Positions 16,725 through 26,515 are shown, numbered from the stretch's first letter. The stretch: 64,000 nt of DNA from Syntrophales bacterium (GCA_963662405.2 CAXXKT010000003.1:480001-544000); one strand, 5' to 3'. The notes: generated by a model from the letters alone, not told the origin. Numbers and translations: made by a program.

Positions 16725-17315
16725 TTATTCTTTGCGGCGCGCCTTGAAGTACATGAGGAGGCCCATGATCCCCCCGATATACCCGATGCCGCCGATCACA
16801 TCGGTCAGCGAGATCCCTCTCTCATGCAACAACGCCACGTCGCGTGCCAGGGGGCCTATTTTTTTGTCCAGTTCTTCGGTGACGATGACCCTGATCCGGT
16901 CCTCATCGACGGCTACGTGGACCTTTTCGCCCTGTGGAACCACTCCGGCACTTTCTTTCTTCGCGGCATCGGTTTTGACGTTACCGTTTCCCTTGAGAGT
17001 GCATTCCGCGCGGTGCCCCATCGAGGCGGTCAGGACGATTCTGATCTCCGGGACGTTCGGTACGGGGAAGGAGAAAAGACCGTTGGCATCGGTCTTTCCC
17101 TCCAGCAGTTTCGTGCCGCCTTCCCCGAATACCTCCACCAGCGAATCCTGGGTCTTTTTCCCATCGGCGAAGTAGCCTTCGGCATACACCGTCCCACTCT
17201 CCTGATAGGCGAAGACCATGACCTTATGGGCCTGTGCGGGGGCGCTCAGGATGACCGTAACCAGGAAAAACAGGAAGAACCCCAGAAAGGGTTTTGAAAA
17301 GCGTTTCATCCTCAT
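16725..17315 (-). CDS. NikL/CbiL-like accessory membrane protein
   Basis: Signal peptide ending AQA|HKVMVFAY, GKTDANGLFSF, MGHRAE, C-terminal TM DVIGGIGYI; operon position. Confidence 0.7.
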   Translation of the reverse strand: MRMKRFSKPFLGFFLFFLVTVILSAPAQAHKVMVFAYQESGTVYAEGYFADGKKTQDSLVEVFGEGGTKLLEGKTDANGLFSFPVPNVPEIRIVLTASMGHRAECTLKGNGNVKTDAAKKESAGVVPQGEKVHVAVDEDRIRVIVTEELDKKIGPLARDVALLHERGISLTDVIGGIGYIGGIMGLLMYFKARRKE

Positions 17316-17917
17316 GTACCTACCTCAATGATTTCGGGTTTGACCTTTTTAAGAAATACCAGGGCGAAGGCGGTGACGATCCCTTCGATCACCATCACCG
17401 GGATATGGGCCAGCAGCACCACCTGGACAGTGACGAGGAACCCCTTCTGCGTAAGCAGGAGGGTGAGCGCCACGGCCGCGATGCTGAGTGTCAGCGAGAC
17501 AAAGCCGCAGGCGAACCCGGCGATGGCAATTTTTTTCACATCTCCACCCCGGATCATCCCCCTGAAGAGGTAGTAACAGATAACGGCGGGGAGGGCCATA
17601 TTGACGGTATTGACCCCCAGCGAGGTCAGTCCCCCGTACTGGAACAGGACTCCCTGCAGAAGGAGGGCGATCATGATGGCCGGAAAGGCCGCCCACCCGA
17701 GGAGGAGCCCCATGAGCCCGTTGAGGACGAGGTGGACGCTGCTGGGGCCGATGGGGACATGGATGAGAGACGCCACAAAGAAGGCTGACGAGAGCACCCC
17801 CACCTTGGGGATACTCTCCGTGTCTATCTTCTTCATGCCGTACGCCACGCCAGCCGCCGCGATTACTATACCGGCGGCGAGGACCGGGGGCGAGCAGATG
17901 CCTTCCGAGATGTGCAC
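17312..17917 (-). CDS. cbiM: Ni/Co ECF substrate-binding component (NikM/CbiM)
   Basis: GTG start giving MHISEG metal-binding N-terminus, SAFFVASLIHVP..SVHLVLNG, GGLTSLGVN. Confidence 0.92.
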   Translation of the reverse strand: MHISEGICSPPVLAAGIVIAAAGVAYGMKKIDTESIPKVGVLSSAFFVASLIHVPIGPSSVHLVLNGLMGLLLGWAAFPAIMIALLLQGVLFQYGGLTSLGVNTVNMALPAVICYYLFRGMIRGGDVKKIAIAGFACGFVSLTLSIAAVALTLLLTQKGFLVTVQVVLLAHIPVMVIEGIVTAFALVFLKKVKPEIIEVGT

Positions 17918-17920
17918 CGG

Positions 17921-18676
17921 CTACTCCATCGTGTGGAACTTCACCCAGAGGACGGCGCCGAGCTCGATGTCCTTCCCCTTGATCTTCTCGCCGGAGGTGT
18001 TCAGGGCGGCAAAACCCCACCAGCCGGCCGTGGGGGCGGCATAGGTGAAGACGCCGTTGGCATCGGTCATGACGACCTGGGTGATGAACGCGTCATCGGG
18101 GGCCGTAAATCTTTTGTCCTGATTGTAGTATTCCACTTCCACTTCGCAGTTCGGGACGGGTTTTCCGTCGAGCAGCACCACACCCTGAAAGACATTTCCC
18201 GCATACAGCCCGAACGGCCTGGAGAGCGGAACGATCTCCGTCTTGAGACCCACAGGGGAATCCCATCCGTCTTCGAGACCGAAGGCGCTGAGGATCACCC
18301 GGGTATAGTGGACGATGTAGCAGTCTTCGGCCGGTTCCCAGTAGGGTTGCGGTTCCATGTGGAAACTGTATACCCCCGGTTTTTTGAAGGTATACGCCGC
18401 CTCCCATGCCTGGTGCCCGAGGGATTGGATCTCTTTGAGGCTCCCGGATAGATCGGTTTTTCCTTCACCGGTGATCACGCCGAACGTGGCCGGTTTGACG
18501 AGGGGCATCCCCTCCATCTCGAAGGGATGGGCGAACATCAGCCTGACGGTAATCTGCCGGGACTCACCCTGAGAAATGATATCGTCGGACGGGATGACCA
18601 TGCCGAAGTGGGCATATGCCGCCGGGACGGAGAACAGAAACAAAACCAATGCGGTAAGTAATATTTTCCTAATCAT
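17921..18676 (-). CDS. DUF4198 / NikK-like periplasmic metal-uptake protein
   Basis: Signal peptide ending [50 protein letters not shown]. Confidence 0.8.
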   Translation of the reverse strand: MIRKILLTALVLFLFSVPAAYAHFGMVIPSDDIISQGESRQITVRLMFAHPFEMEGMPLVKPATFGVITGEGKTDLSGSLKEIQSLGHQAWEAAYTFKKPGVYSFHMEPQPYWEPAEDCYIVHYTRVILSAFGLEDGWDSPVGLKTEIVPLSRPFGLYAGNVFQGVVLLDGKPVPNCEVEVEYYNQDKRFTAPDDAFITQVVMTDANGVFTYAAPTAGWWGFAALNTSGEKIKGKDIELGAVLWVKFHTME

Positions 18677-18741
18677 ACGGCACCTCCATGAAGTTTTGAG
18701 GTTCTCCCATACCATCTCACCCAGGGATCTGACAAGTGAAA

Positions 18742-18768
18742 ATATTACTAATACACATTTTGTAACAC
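18742..18768. promoter_or_regulatory. Putative NikR operator
   Basis: Minus strand GTGTTAC-N13-GTAATAT upstream of the ECF operon, resembling the deltaproteobacterial NikR palindrome. Confidence 0.6.
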
Positions 18769-18893
18769 GAAGGGGCCAAGCTTTTTCCTTTCGTGCCATG
18801 AAAAGGTCAAAACCAACCACCGGATTGGTGATGGAGGTTCGGGATCTTCAGTTTTTGTCGACAGGATCTGTGCGGTTGAGGGACCCCGGGCGA

Positions 18894-19958
18894 TTACCCT
18901 TCCCGCTTGAAGAGCTGGAGCATCAGCATCAGGTCGCCGGCAACGGTATACTGCCGGTCCATGAACATCTGCTGACCGTCGGCCTTGCGGGTCATGATAT
19001 CGATCCACAGGTCGAAGGGGGTGTCGATGGTGATGTCGGGATTCGGGCAGGTCCCCCGCTCCGCCTCGACGGTCCCTCCTTCGATAGAGAAGTGGCAGGA
19101 ATCTGCCACCGCACCGGAGAAATTGATCTGCAGTGTCACCGTGCGGTCACCGGCCGCTTCGGCATCGAGGCCGTAGGGGAAGAGGAGCATGAAGTCTTCG
19201 AGGGACTCGGGCCGCGGGATCATCCCTTTCTTTTGAAAAGCCTGTGGGGTCACCCCTTCGGCGATACAGGTCTTCCAGAAGATGTTTCCCATACGGTCGA
19301 AAAACGCGGATTCCATGAGGGGCTGTGTGATCCGTGCCATCGTCTCTGGAGAGACCCGCATCGATTCCACCAGTTCCCGCCCCGCCTGTTCTGTCGCGCC
19401 CAGTACGTCCGATACCTTCTCATCCAGGAGGGGGTTGATGACGGCCTCGGATTCGGTCCGATAGATTTCTGCTACAATGGTCCCTTCGGTGGTACGATGG
19501 AGAAAATCGGATAGTGCGGCGAATTCGGACTGATCGGGAAATCCGCACACGGAGAGCCACACGACCGCGGGGGTCCTGTATCGTTTGGGGTGGTAGGTCT
19601 TTCCGTCGGCGTCCTTCTCAAAGAAGGGCTGGAGGGCCGGAAGCGTCCGCTCCCTGAACGCGGCCATGGCGGCATTCAGGGTGTGGATATAGAGGGGGGT
19701 GGCGTAGACGGCGAGATCGGCCTCCAGCCACTTGGGGAAAAGTTCCGCGGTCATGTCGTCTTTCTGAATGCACGTACCGGGGGTCTTTGTCCAGCAGGTG
19801 AAACAGCCGATACAGTTTTTGATCTTTTTCTCGCGCAGATTGACGATCTCGACCGCGGCTCCGGCTTCGCGCATCCCCTTGACGAGGTGGTCGAGCATCA
19901 GCTCAGTCTTGCTCTGGTTCCCGGTACGGGGGCTGGAATTGATCGCAAGGACTTTCAT
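18894..19958 (-). CDS. Iron-sulfur flavoprotein/flavodoxin fused to C-terminal SCP2 sterol-binding domain
   Basis: NSSPR, CIGCFTCWTKTPGTC; C-terminal TLQINFSG..PDITIDTP..DGQQMFM..VAGDL. Confidence 0.85.
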   Translation of the reverse strand: MKVLAINSSPRTGNQSKTELMLDHLVKGMREAGAAVEIVNLREKKIKNCIGCFTCWTKTPGTCIQKDDMTAELFPKWLEADLAVYATPLYIHTLNAAMAAFRERTLPALQPFFEKDADGKTYHPKRYRTPAVVWLSVCGFPDQSEFAALSDFLHRTTEGTIVAEIYRTESEAVINPLLDEKVSDVLGATEQAGRELVESMRVSPETMARITQPLMESAFFDRMGNIFWKTCIAEGVTPQAFQKKGMIPRPESLEDFMLLFPYGLDAEAAGDRTVTLQINFSGAVADSCHFSIEGGTVEAERGTCPNPDITIDTPFDLWIDIMTRKADGQQMFMDRQYTVAGDLMLMLQLFKREG

Positions 19959-20023
19959 GGTGGCCTCCTTTTTCGGTATGTCGATAGAAAATACCCCGTG
20001 TTGCCGGGGTAATAACCGTATTT

Positions 20024-20959
20024 TTACCTTTTGTTTAAGATCAGGCCGATCGCCTTTTCAAGTGCCTTATTGAACTCGTCGGGTCGGTTCATCATCAGGA
20101 AATGATCCGCCCCCTTCAGGACGATGGCGTCATAGGACGACATGTGGCGCCGGTTCGCCTCGTAGTTGATCGGCCACAGGTCGCCGTTCACGGTGACCAC
20201 CGGCACGCGGATCGTGTCGAATACGGTGGCCGCCTCCCCGGTAACGAACTGCGAAACCATTTCTTCCATTGCGCTGAGGGCGACGGTCGGGGGCGCGGCC
20301 GCCATGTCGGAGAGAATCCATTCACGGAGCTGGGGATTAGTACTATCATTAAGCATATCCGCCACGAAGCGGCGCGCCGCCGTGGGGAAATCCTGCTTCA
20401 GGGGGGCGATCATTGAGGCACGCTCTTTCTCCGTCATCCGATATTCGACGTTTTCGAGTGTGTCGATACCGATGAGACCGATGACGCGATCCGGCATGAG
20501 CCGGGCCGCCTCGGCGATCACGGGACCGCCCATGGAATGACCGATCAGGATAATGCGGTGGCTCCCGGTCGCCTCCGCGACCGCTCGGACATCCTCTCCG
20601 AAGGAGCGCATGGTGTAGCGCGAACGGGTCATTCCCGAATGGCCGTGCCCCGCGAGATCGAGAAGGACGACACGGTGACTCCGGGAGAAGTGGGGTACCT
20701 GGGCGCGCCAGTAGCGGGCATCGCAGCTCCATCCGTGGATGAAGATGAGGGTCGGTTCACCGGTGCCGTGGATCTCGTACGAGATGGGGTTGCCGTCTCC
20801 GGAGGGGACGACATGGGGCCACTGGGCGTTGGCATCCGTTGTTCCAAAAAGGAGAAACAAGATCATCAGGCAAACGGCCGCTCCAATCAACTGCTCGGTG
20901 GCGAGGTTGCGCTTATGTCTGCTGTCTGTTCCGACTGTCGTGTTTGTATCTCGTATCAT
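20024..20959 (-). CDS. Exported alpha/beta hydrolase
   Basis: Hydrophobic leader, FIHGWSCD, DLAGHG, GHSMGG nucleophile elbow, GADHFLMM. Confidence 0.88.
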   Translation of the reverse strand: MIRDTNTTVGTDSRHKRNLATEQLIGAAVCLMILFLLFGTTDANAQWPHVVPSGDGNPISYEIHGTGEPTLIFIHGWSCDARYWRAQVPHFSRSHRVVLLDLAGHGHSGMTRSRYTMRSFGEDVRAVAEATGSHRIILIGHSMGGPVIAEAARLMPDRVIGLIGIDTLENVEYRMTEKERASMIAPLKQDFPTAARRFVADMLNDSTNPQLREWILSDMAAAPPTVALSAMEEMVSQFVTGEAATVFDTIRVPVVTVNGDLWPINYEANRRHMSSYDAIVLKGADHFLMMNRPDEFNKALEKAIGLILNKR

Positions 20960-21219
20960 CGTTGTTCTCTCTCTTCGTCGAATTATTTTGTATGCTGGGT
21001 GAAGTGACTGCACGCAGGAAGCGCCGCCCCTGTTCTCCGGGATTCTCTTTTCATTTCTCCCCCCTTTGTCCGTGGCACCCGGACACGATGAGTCATCCCC
21101 GGTAAGGGACGTTAAGAATCATACACACTGAACATATTTTGTCAACTGATTGTCAGTGGTTAATAACAGGAGGCAGGAGCGGATGTATTGTGATCGGTTC
21201 TCCCTGAGAGCGTATGCCG

Positions 21220-21257
21220 AAAAAAACAGGGTGCCTTTCCCGGGAAAGGCACCCTGT
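21220..21257 (-). terminator. Intrinsic terminator of prxU
   Basis: Perfect stem ACAGGGTGCCTTTCC/GGAAAGGCACCCTGT followed by a U-tract on the minus strand. Confidence 0.85.
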
Positions 21258-21286
21258 CTGGATCAGTCTTACGCTGTGGTTGTCCC

Positions 21287-22006
21287 TTAGTCGAAGGCCA
21301 TCTCCGTCTTCCATTCCTTCCAGACGTTCCCGACCAGGTCTGGACCGGGTTTGAGTGTCTTCTTCCCCGGCCGCCAGCCGGAGGGGGTGGCCTCTGTCCC
21401 CTTCGACGCCCTGACGAGCTGGAAGGCCTGAACCTGACGGAGCGATTCATTGACGTTCCGCCCGACGGGGGGTGTCAGGACCTCGTAGCCCTGGATCACG
21501 CCGTCCGGGTCGATGATAAACCGCCCACGTGTCTCGACCCCCGCGTCCTCGTCGTAGATGCCGAAGATCGTGCCGACCTTGCCTCCGGCATCGGACAGCA
21601 TGGGGAAGGGGACGCCCCCATTTACCATCTTCGACAGTTCGTTATCGTTCCACATCTTGTGGACGAATACGCTGTCGATACTCATGGAGAGGATGTCCAC
21701 GCCCAGCTTCTGGAATTCGGGGTATTTTTCAGCAACTGCTGAAATTTCGGTTGCTCAGACGAATGTGAAATCACCCGGGTAGAAGCAGAGGAGGACCCAC
21801 TTGCCGAGGTGTTCCGAGAGCTGCACGTTGACGAATTTTCCCTTGTGATACGCTGGAGCCACAAAATCCGGTGCCTTCTTTCCGACCTGTATCATACTCC
21901 TCACCTCCTTCTGGACGGTTGGTTGTTCGAATTTCTCTTCGCTGACGGGTTCTCCCACCGGTCCACCCGTCGGTCGGGCGCATCCCGCCTTGATTTCCTC
22001 CGGCAT
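21287..22006 (-). CDS. prxU: Selenocysteine-containing peroxiredoxin (AhpC/Prx1 type); in-frame UGA at 21755-21757 read as Sec
   Basis: FYPGDFTFV-[TGA][11 protein letters not shown] continues in frame into the 21287-21700 ORF; TGA sits at the peroxidatic Cys position; hairpin downstream; tRNA-Sec in the window. Confidence 0.93.
21727..21744 (-). promoter_or_regulatory. Bacterial SECIS-like hairpin
   Basis: UUUCAGC-AGUU-GCUGAAA starting 11 nt 3' of the UGA, with G in the loop. Confidence 0.75.
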
Positions 22007-22214
22007 AGGCACGAACCTCCTTTCACCGTATTGTGTTGGTCAGTAACCGTTTTTTTGGACCGGGGCGGATACCGTCCCGCGGCCAACTTATAACCATAAT
22101 CTATATTTGCCGGAAAATTATAGCGTATACTGTCAGGCAAAACAAGGAGAGATGCAACCGCTCTGAGCGAATGACGGTGTTTTAGAAAGGGATATGAATG
22201 GTCCGGCCGATGCG

Positions 22215-24104
22215 TCAGGCTTTCTTCTTTGCCGGTGTGGTCTCCTCTTCCGAGAAGGGAATGGTCAGTTCGTACGTTCCACCCTTGACCACCGCGTGCA
22301 GGGGGAATGGTGCCTTTTCGAAGACCTTCAACATCGGTTTGTTCTCGATGAGGATGTCCGCTGTGAAACCTTCCACGCCGCGCTTTCGGGCGATGCTGAT
22401 CAGCAGATTCAAGAGAAACGATCCGATCCCCAGGCCCTGAAATTTTTCATCGATAACGAAGGCCACGTCGGCATAGGGGCGGTCCTTCGAGAGGACGTAC
22501 CGCCCTTCGGCGATGATCCGCAGCCGTCCCGCATCTTGAGCGAGACCGACGATCGACATGATATGTCCGTAGTCGACATTCACGTACTCCTGCATCTTCA
22601 TGTGAGGCATGGTCTTGATGGGACTGAAATAGCGATAGTAGACCGTCTTGTCGGAAAACCGGTAAAACAGTTTCCGCATATCCTCTTCATCGGAGGGCTT
22701 GATCGCGCGGAACCGGACGGAGACAGTTCCCGGAAAGACATGGGTATGCAGGATGTCGGCCGGGTACAGGTGTCCGTATTCAGTGAGGTATATCTGGTCG
22801 GAGTACAGAAGGTTTGCCTTTTTGGCCATCTTGACCAGTTCTCCCCGGTCGTCCGGATGGGCGACATCGATCAGCGCGAGCGCCCGTTCACGGAGACTCC
22901 TTCCCCTCATCGAGGCGACGCCGAACTCCGTTACGATCAGGTCGAGGGATTCGCGGTTCGTAAACTGGTGAGGGAGGTTCTCCACCGAGAGCAGGATATT
23001 CGATTTTCCCTCGAGGTTTCGGCTCGGGAGGGCGAAGATCGCCCGTCCTCCCTGTGAGAAGTTGGCCCCGGCAAATGCCTCATGCGCCTCGCCGGAACCG
23101 GGGCTGACGTTTCCTTTCCCGACGTGAAGGGTGATGTTCCCGGTCAGGTCGACCTTCCGGGCGGGAAGGACGGTAATGAACCGGTCATTCTGGCTCATGC
23201 TGTCCGGGTCGGTGGTCACGTCGATCCCCTGAAATTCGACGAGGGGATTATCGTTCAGCCAGGTCATCAGTTCCGGCGTCCCCATGGTATAGGAGGCCAC
23301 GCTCTTGTATCGGAAGTGGGCCTTGTACCGGTTCGTGACGGCACCGGATTTGATGAGATCCATGAGGGCGTCCGTCATCATGAGGGAGTGGACACCCAGG
23401 TTCTTCTTGCGCGCGAGGTGCCTGGCGAGCGCCTCGAAAAGGGGACCGATAAAGAATGCGACGCAACTCCCGTCTTCGATAACGGAGGCCACATTTTCCG
23501 CTACCCCGTCGAAGACCTTGTCGATGGGCCACCGGGGGAAATAGATGGGGGGGTCGGTGGAGTAGACAAGATGGGTGAAATCATTGACATGGACAACGGT
23601 GTCCCCGTGGGTGCGAGGGGTATGCTCATTGATCTCTCCGACGATGAGCGATGCGCGTTCCATGGCGTACCGGGCCACATCCACCGATGCGCCGAAGCTG
23701 GCGAATCCCGCCTCATCGGGAGGGGATATTTGGACAAAGGCCGCGTCGATGTCGGTACTCCCCGATTTAAACAGCGCGGGTATCCGGGAGGTCCTGCTGG
23801 GTATCAGGTCAACCCTCCCGGCGGTGATGGCCTCGTCGGCAACCCATCGGGAGAAGAATGTCCTGAGGCGGTATTTCTTGGCGTATCGTTCATCGATGGG
23901 GAGGGCATCTCCCAGACTCAGAAGCTGTATCAGCTCGAGATCCCGCAGGTTGCTGGCATTCGAAGCCGTCAGGTGCTTGATAAGGGTGCGCGGCTCGGCC
24001 GCCCCGGTCCCCACGAAGATATTCATCCCCGGCCGGATGTTATCGAGAATCTCCTCCGGTGAGGCGATCTTGTCTTTCCACTGGGATGAGATTGTATATG
24101 ACAT
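22215..24104 (-). CDS. Acetyl-CoA hydrolase/transferase fused to C-terminal GNAT domain
   Basis: IFVGTGAAEP, VDLIP, QISPPDEAGFASFGASVD, IVTEFGVASMRG..ERALALIDVAHPDDR; GNAT FRAIKPSDE..FQGLGIG. Confidence 0.88.
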   Translation of the reverse strand: MSYTISSQWKDKIASPEEILDNIRPGMNIFVGTGAAEPRTLIKHLTASNASNLRDLELIQLLSLGDALPIDERYAKKYRLRTFFSRWVADEAITAGRVDLIPSRTSRIPALFKSGSTDIDAAFVQISPPDEAGFASFGASVDVARYAMERASLIVGEINEHTPRTHGDTVVHVNDFTHLVYSTDPPIYFPRWPIDKVFDGVAENVASVIEDGSCVAFFIGPLFEALARHLARKKNLGVHSLMMTDALMDLIKSGAVTNRYKAHFRYKSVASYTMGTPELMTWLNDNPLVEFQGIDVTTDPDSMSQNDRFITVLPARKVDLTGNITLHVGKGNVSPGSGEAHEAFAGANFSQGGRAIFALPSRNLEGKSNILLSVENLPHQFTNRESLDLIVTEFGVASMRGRSLRERALALIDVAHPDDRGELVKMAKKANLLYSDQIYLTEYGHLYPADILHTHVFPGTVSVRFRAIKPSDEEDMRKLFYRFSDKTVYYRYFSPIKTMPHMKMQEYVNVDYGHIMSIVGLAQDAGRLRIIAEGRYVLSKDRPYADVAFVIDEKFQGLGIGSFLLNLLISIARKRGVEGFTADILIENKPMLKVFEKAPFPLHAVVKGGTYELTIPFSEEETTPAKKKA

Positions 24105-24479
24105 AGCGCTTCCTGTTGATATGAATCAGTTGCCTTCCGATGTATCGAAGCAACAGTGCCTCCTCATACCACGTAGATGCTTGAAACACCACCGATATTT
24201 CCGGGGCATATCGAGGGACAGAGAGCTCTCACCGATTTTTTTCTGAAACCGCCCTCCTGGTCGAACTCGATGGACCAACAGTCGCTGTTGCTGTTTGAGA
24301 AGGTCGTCGGACGTTCGTGTGTAGCCCCCGCTGTTCTTCGAGCCCCTTGCCTGTGCATTCGGTAGAGGGTGTGATATACGAAAATGCGGGTACCGCTCCT
24401 GTACCGAAAAATTCAAGATCCTCCTTGCACGAAAGGATACGAAACAGAAGCACCGTATTTCAGGGCCTGCTCACCAAGA

Positions 24480-24850
24480 GCGTTGACCATTACCTTACGG
24501 AGCAGGCCGAAATGAATCATTCGTCCGGGACCGTGGTGAGTGCCGACTATTACGCGGTCCCCTGCTCGTTCGCGACCGGGAATCTGTCTGCGACAATCGA
24601 TGATTGCCAGAGATGGTCGCGGATACTGGTCGATCTCCTGATCGTTTCCTCCGTGTCCCTTCAAGAGATGGTGGCGCCGCGCGAAGGTATCGTCAATGCG
24701 TTCGGTTATGGATACGGATGGGTCGCAGCCGAGCGATACGACCAGCCCTGTATCATCTCTGCCGGCGCCGTCAATGGATTCAACCCGGCGATCCTGCTTC
24801 AGGGAGAGTGACATCACGATTCTCGTCCTTCGCAACCGGAAACCTTTAAG
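24480..24850 (+). pseudogene. Degraded C-terminal fragment of a beta-lactamase-family serine hydrolase
   Basis: ATGNLSATIDDCQRW..SLQEMVAP..GYGYGW..AGAVNGF, then a frame change into DITILVLRN; no SxxK N-terminus. Confidence 0.55.
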
Positions 24851-25067
24851 TAAGCAGGATGATGTCTCTCCGGACTATCGCCCTCGATATCGCGGGCATC
24901 ATCTGTGCGGGGAGGGGCGATCGATTGAAAGGGTGCCACGAGCCCGTGAGAAGGGAGCCTGCGCCGTTACGTCCCCATTGTGTGCAACCGCGCGAGGAAC
25001 GTCTCCGCTTTCTCGCTGACAAGCGGTATCAATTCATTGCATTCATCTTGCCGTCGTTGAATCGCCA

Positions 25068-25205
25068 CAGGAGGCTGTGCACCAGTTCCGACGAGATGTC
25101 CATGAATATCGAGACAAATCCGAGCACCCAGATACCCCCCGGCAACGCGCGGTAGGTGCGTGCCCCGGAAGTGTCCGATGCTGATGTGCCCGGTCCCGAT
25201 GTCAT
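25068..25205 (-). pseudogene. Truncated MFS transporter (first TM only)
   Basis: LPGGIWVLGFVSIFMDISSELVHSLL matches a typical MFS TM1, then similarity ends; ATG overlaps the upstream stop. Confidence 0.7.
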
Positions 25206-26398
25206 ATCAGCCGCTTTCGTCTCATCATCCACAGAGAGGACACCAACAGCAGTATCGCCATGGTGATGATCCCCCACTCGCTGAGCGTCGGGATCGATGA
25301 TGGCATGGCAAATACGACATCACTGCCGTAAGAAGCTCCTCTGCCGTTCACGGCATAGGCCCGCACGTAATAGGAGGTGCCGGGCGCCAGGCCGGTGAGG
25401 GCGCTGGCGAATGACCCGGTTCCCGTGCCGTCGGTGGTATGGCTGTAGGAGGCAAGGGGATGAGGGGATGTACTCCAACACACCCCTCGTTCCGTGACCG
25501 GATCACCGCCGTCACTGGAGACAGTGCCGCCGCCGGAAGCGGTGGTCGCCGTGAGAGCGGTAGTGGCTGTGGTCGTAACGACGGGAACGGTAACCGCGGG
25601 TCCGTTCTGGATGGTAAAGTATCGCGCACCGATGCCGTCACTGTTTCCGCCATTATCCATTGCAACCCATTGAATGGTATGCACCCCGTCGGGGTAAAGG
25701 GTTGTATCGAAAGTATAATATCCTCCCGCACCGTTACTGTTGTTGAAGCCCGGCAGCAAACTTGAAAGATCTGCCCGGTATATATTGTAATTGGGATGCC
25801 CGACAAGAGCGCCATCAATATAGACGTGAATGGTGGAACCGTTGGTCGGAATCGTGTTTGGTTGTGGTGTCAACACCCAACCCCGGTTCATATAAGCGGA
25901 ACCTGAAACGGTGGCGCCATGAGCAGGGGTGTCAAACGTCCCGAACGGCTTCACGGCATTGTTGTTGTCGCAATGGATGGTCTTTGTGCCCAGGGTTGTT
26001 TGGTTTCCTTCATTGTCAGTAGCTATGACCTGGAGGGTATAGGAGCTGTTTCCTCCGTCCGGCAGAAGATTACTGACCAGCGAATACCCCCAGCCCGCTT
26101 TCCGGCTATGAGGATAATAGGGAAAAGTGGCTGCCACATCCGGCCGCGCCCCTTCCACAAAAGCGCCGTCGGCTATATAGACCCGGTTTGTCCCGTCCAT
26201 ACGGTAGATCCTGACGCTTGCAACCTCCACATCGTCCAGCGCCCATCCGGTTACCATGACGGTGCCACGCACCGTGGAACCATTGATGGGGGTATCGAAG
26301 GAACCGAAGGGACCCGCGCCCAGCGCCTGTTGTGAAAGAACCATCAGGAGCGTGATTCCCGCAATCGTGAACCAGCCGACCCTTTTTGCAGAAGACAT
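25202..26398 (-). CDS. IPTL-CTERM sorted surface protein with two Ig-like repeats and an FN3-like domain
   Basis: Signal peptide; PFG(S/T)FDTP..G.TV.G..GW.L twice; GLAPGTSYYVRAYAVN; C-terminus SIPTLSEWG + TM + RRKR. Confidence 0.88.
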   Translation of the reverse strand: MSSAKRVGWFTIAGITLLMVLSQQALGAGPFGSFDTPINGSTVRGTVMVTGWALDDVEVASVRIYRMDGTNRVYIADGAFVEGARPDVAATFPYYPHSRKAGWGYSLVSNLLPDGGNSSYTLQVIATDNEGNQTTLGTKTIHCDNNNAVKPFGTFDTPAHGATVSGSAYMNRGWVLTPQPNTIPTNGSTIHVYIDGALVGHPNYNIYRADLSSLLPGFNNSNGAGGYYTFDTTLYPDGVHTIQWVAMDNGGNSDGIGARYFTIQNGPAVTVPVVTTTATTALTATTASGGGTVSSDGGDPVTERGVCWSTSPHPLASYSHTTDGTGTGSFASALTGLAPGTSYYVRAYAVNGRGASYGSDVVFAMPSSIPTLSEWGIITMAILLLVSSLWMMRRKRLI

Positions 26399-26515
26399 AT
26401 GGACACCTCCTTTTTGGAACGTCCGTGTGGATCAACCTGGCAACAACTTCTTTTCACGGGATGATCCCGTATCAATGTTGAGCCGAAGCTCTCTATCACC
26501 TTACCGCGAGGGGGG

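Noticed and set aside
21287..22012. Two separate short peroxiredoxin ORFs or a nonsense pseudogene
   Set aside because: The TGA is at the catalytic site, is followed by a SECIS-like hairpin, and tRNA-Sec is present.
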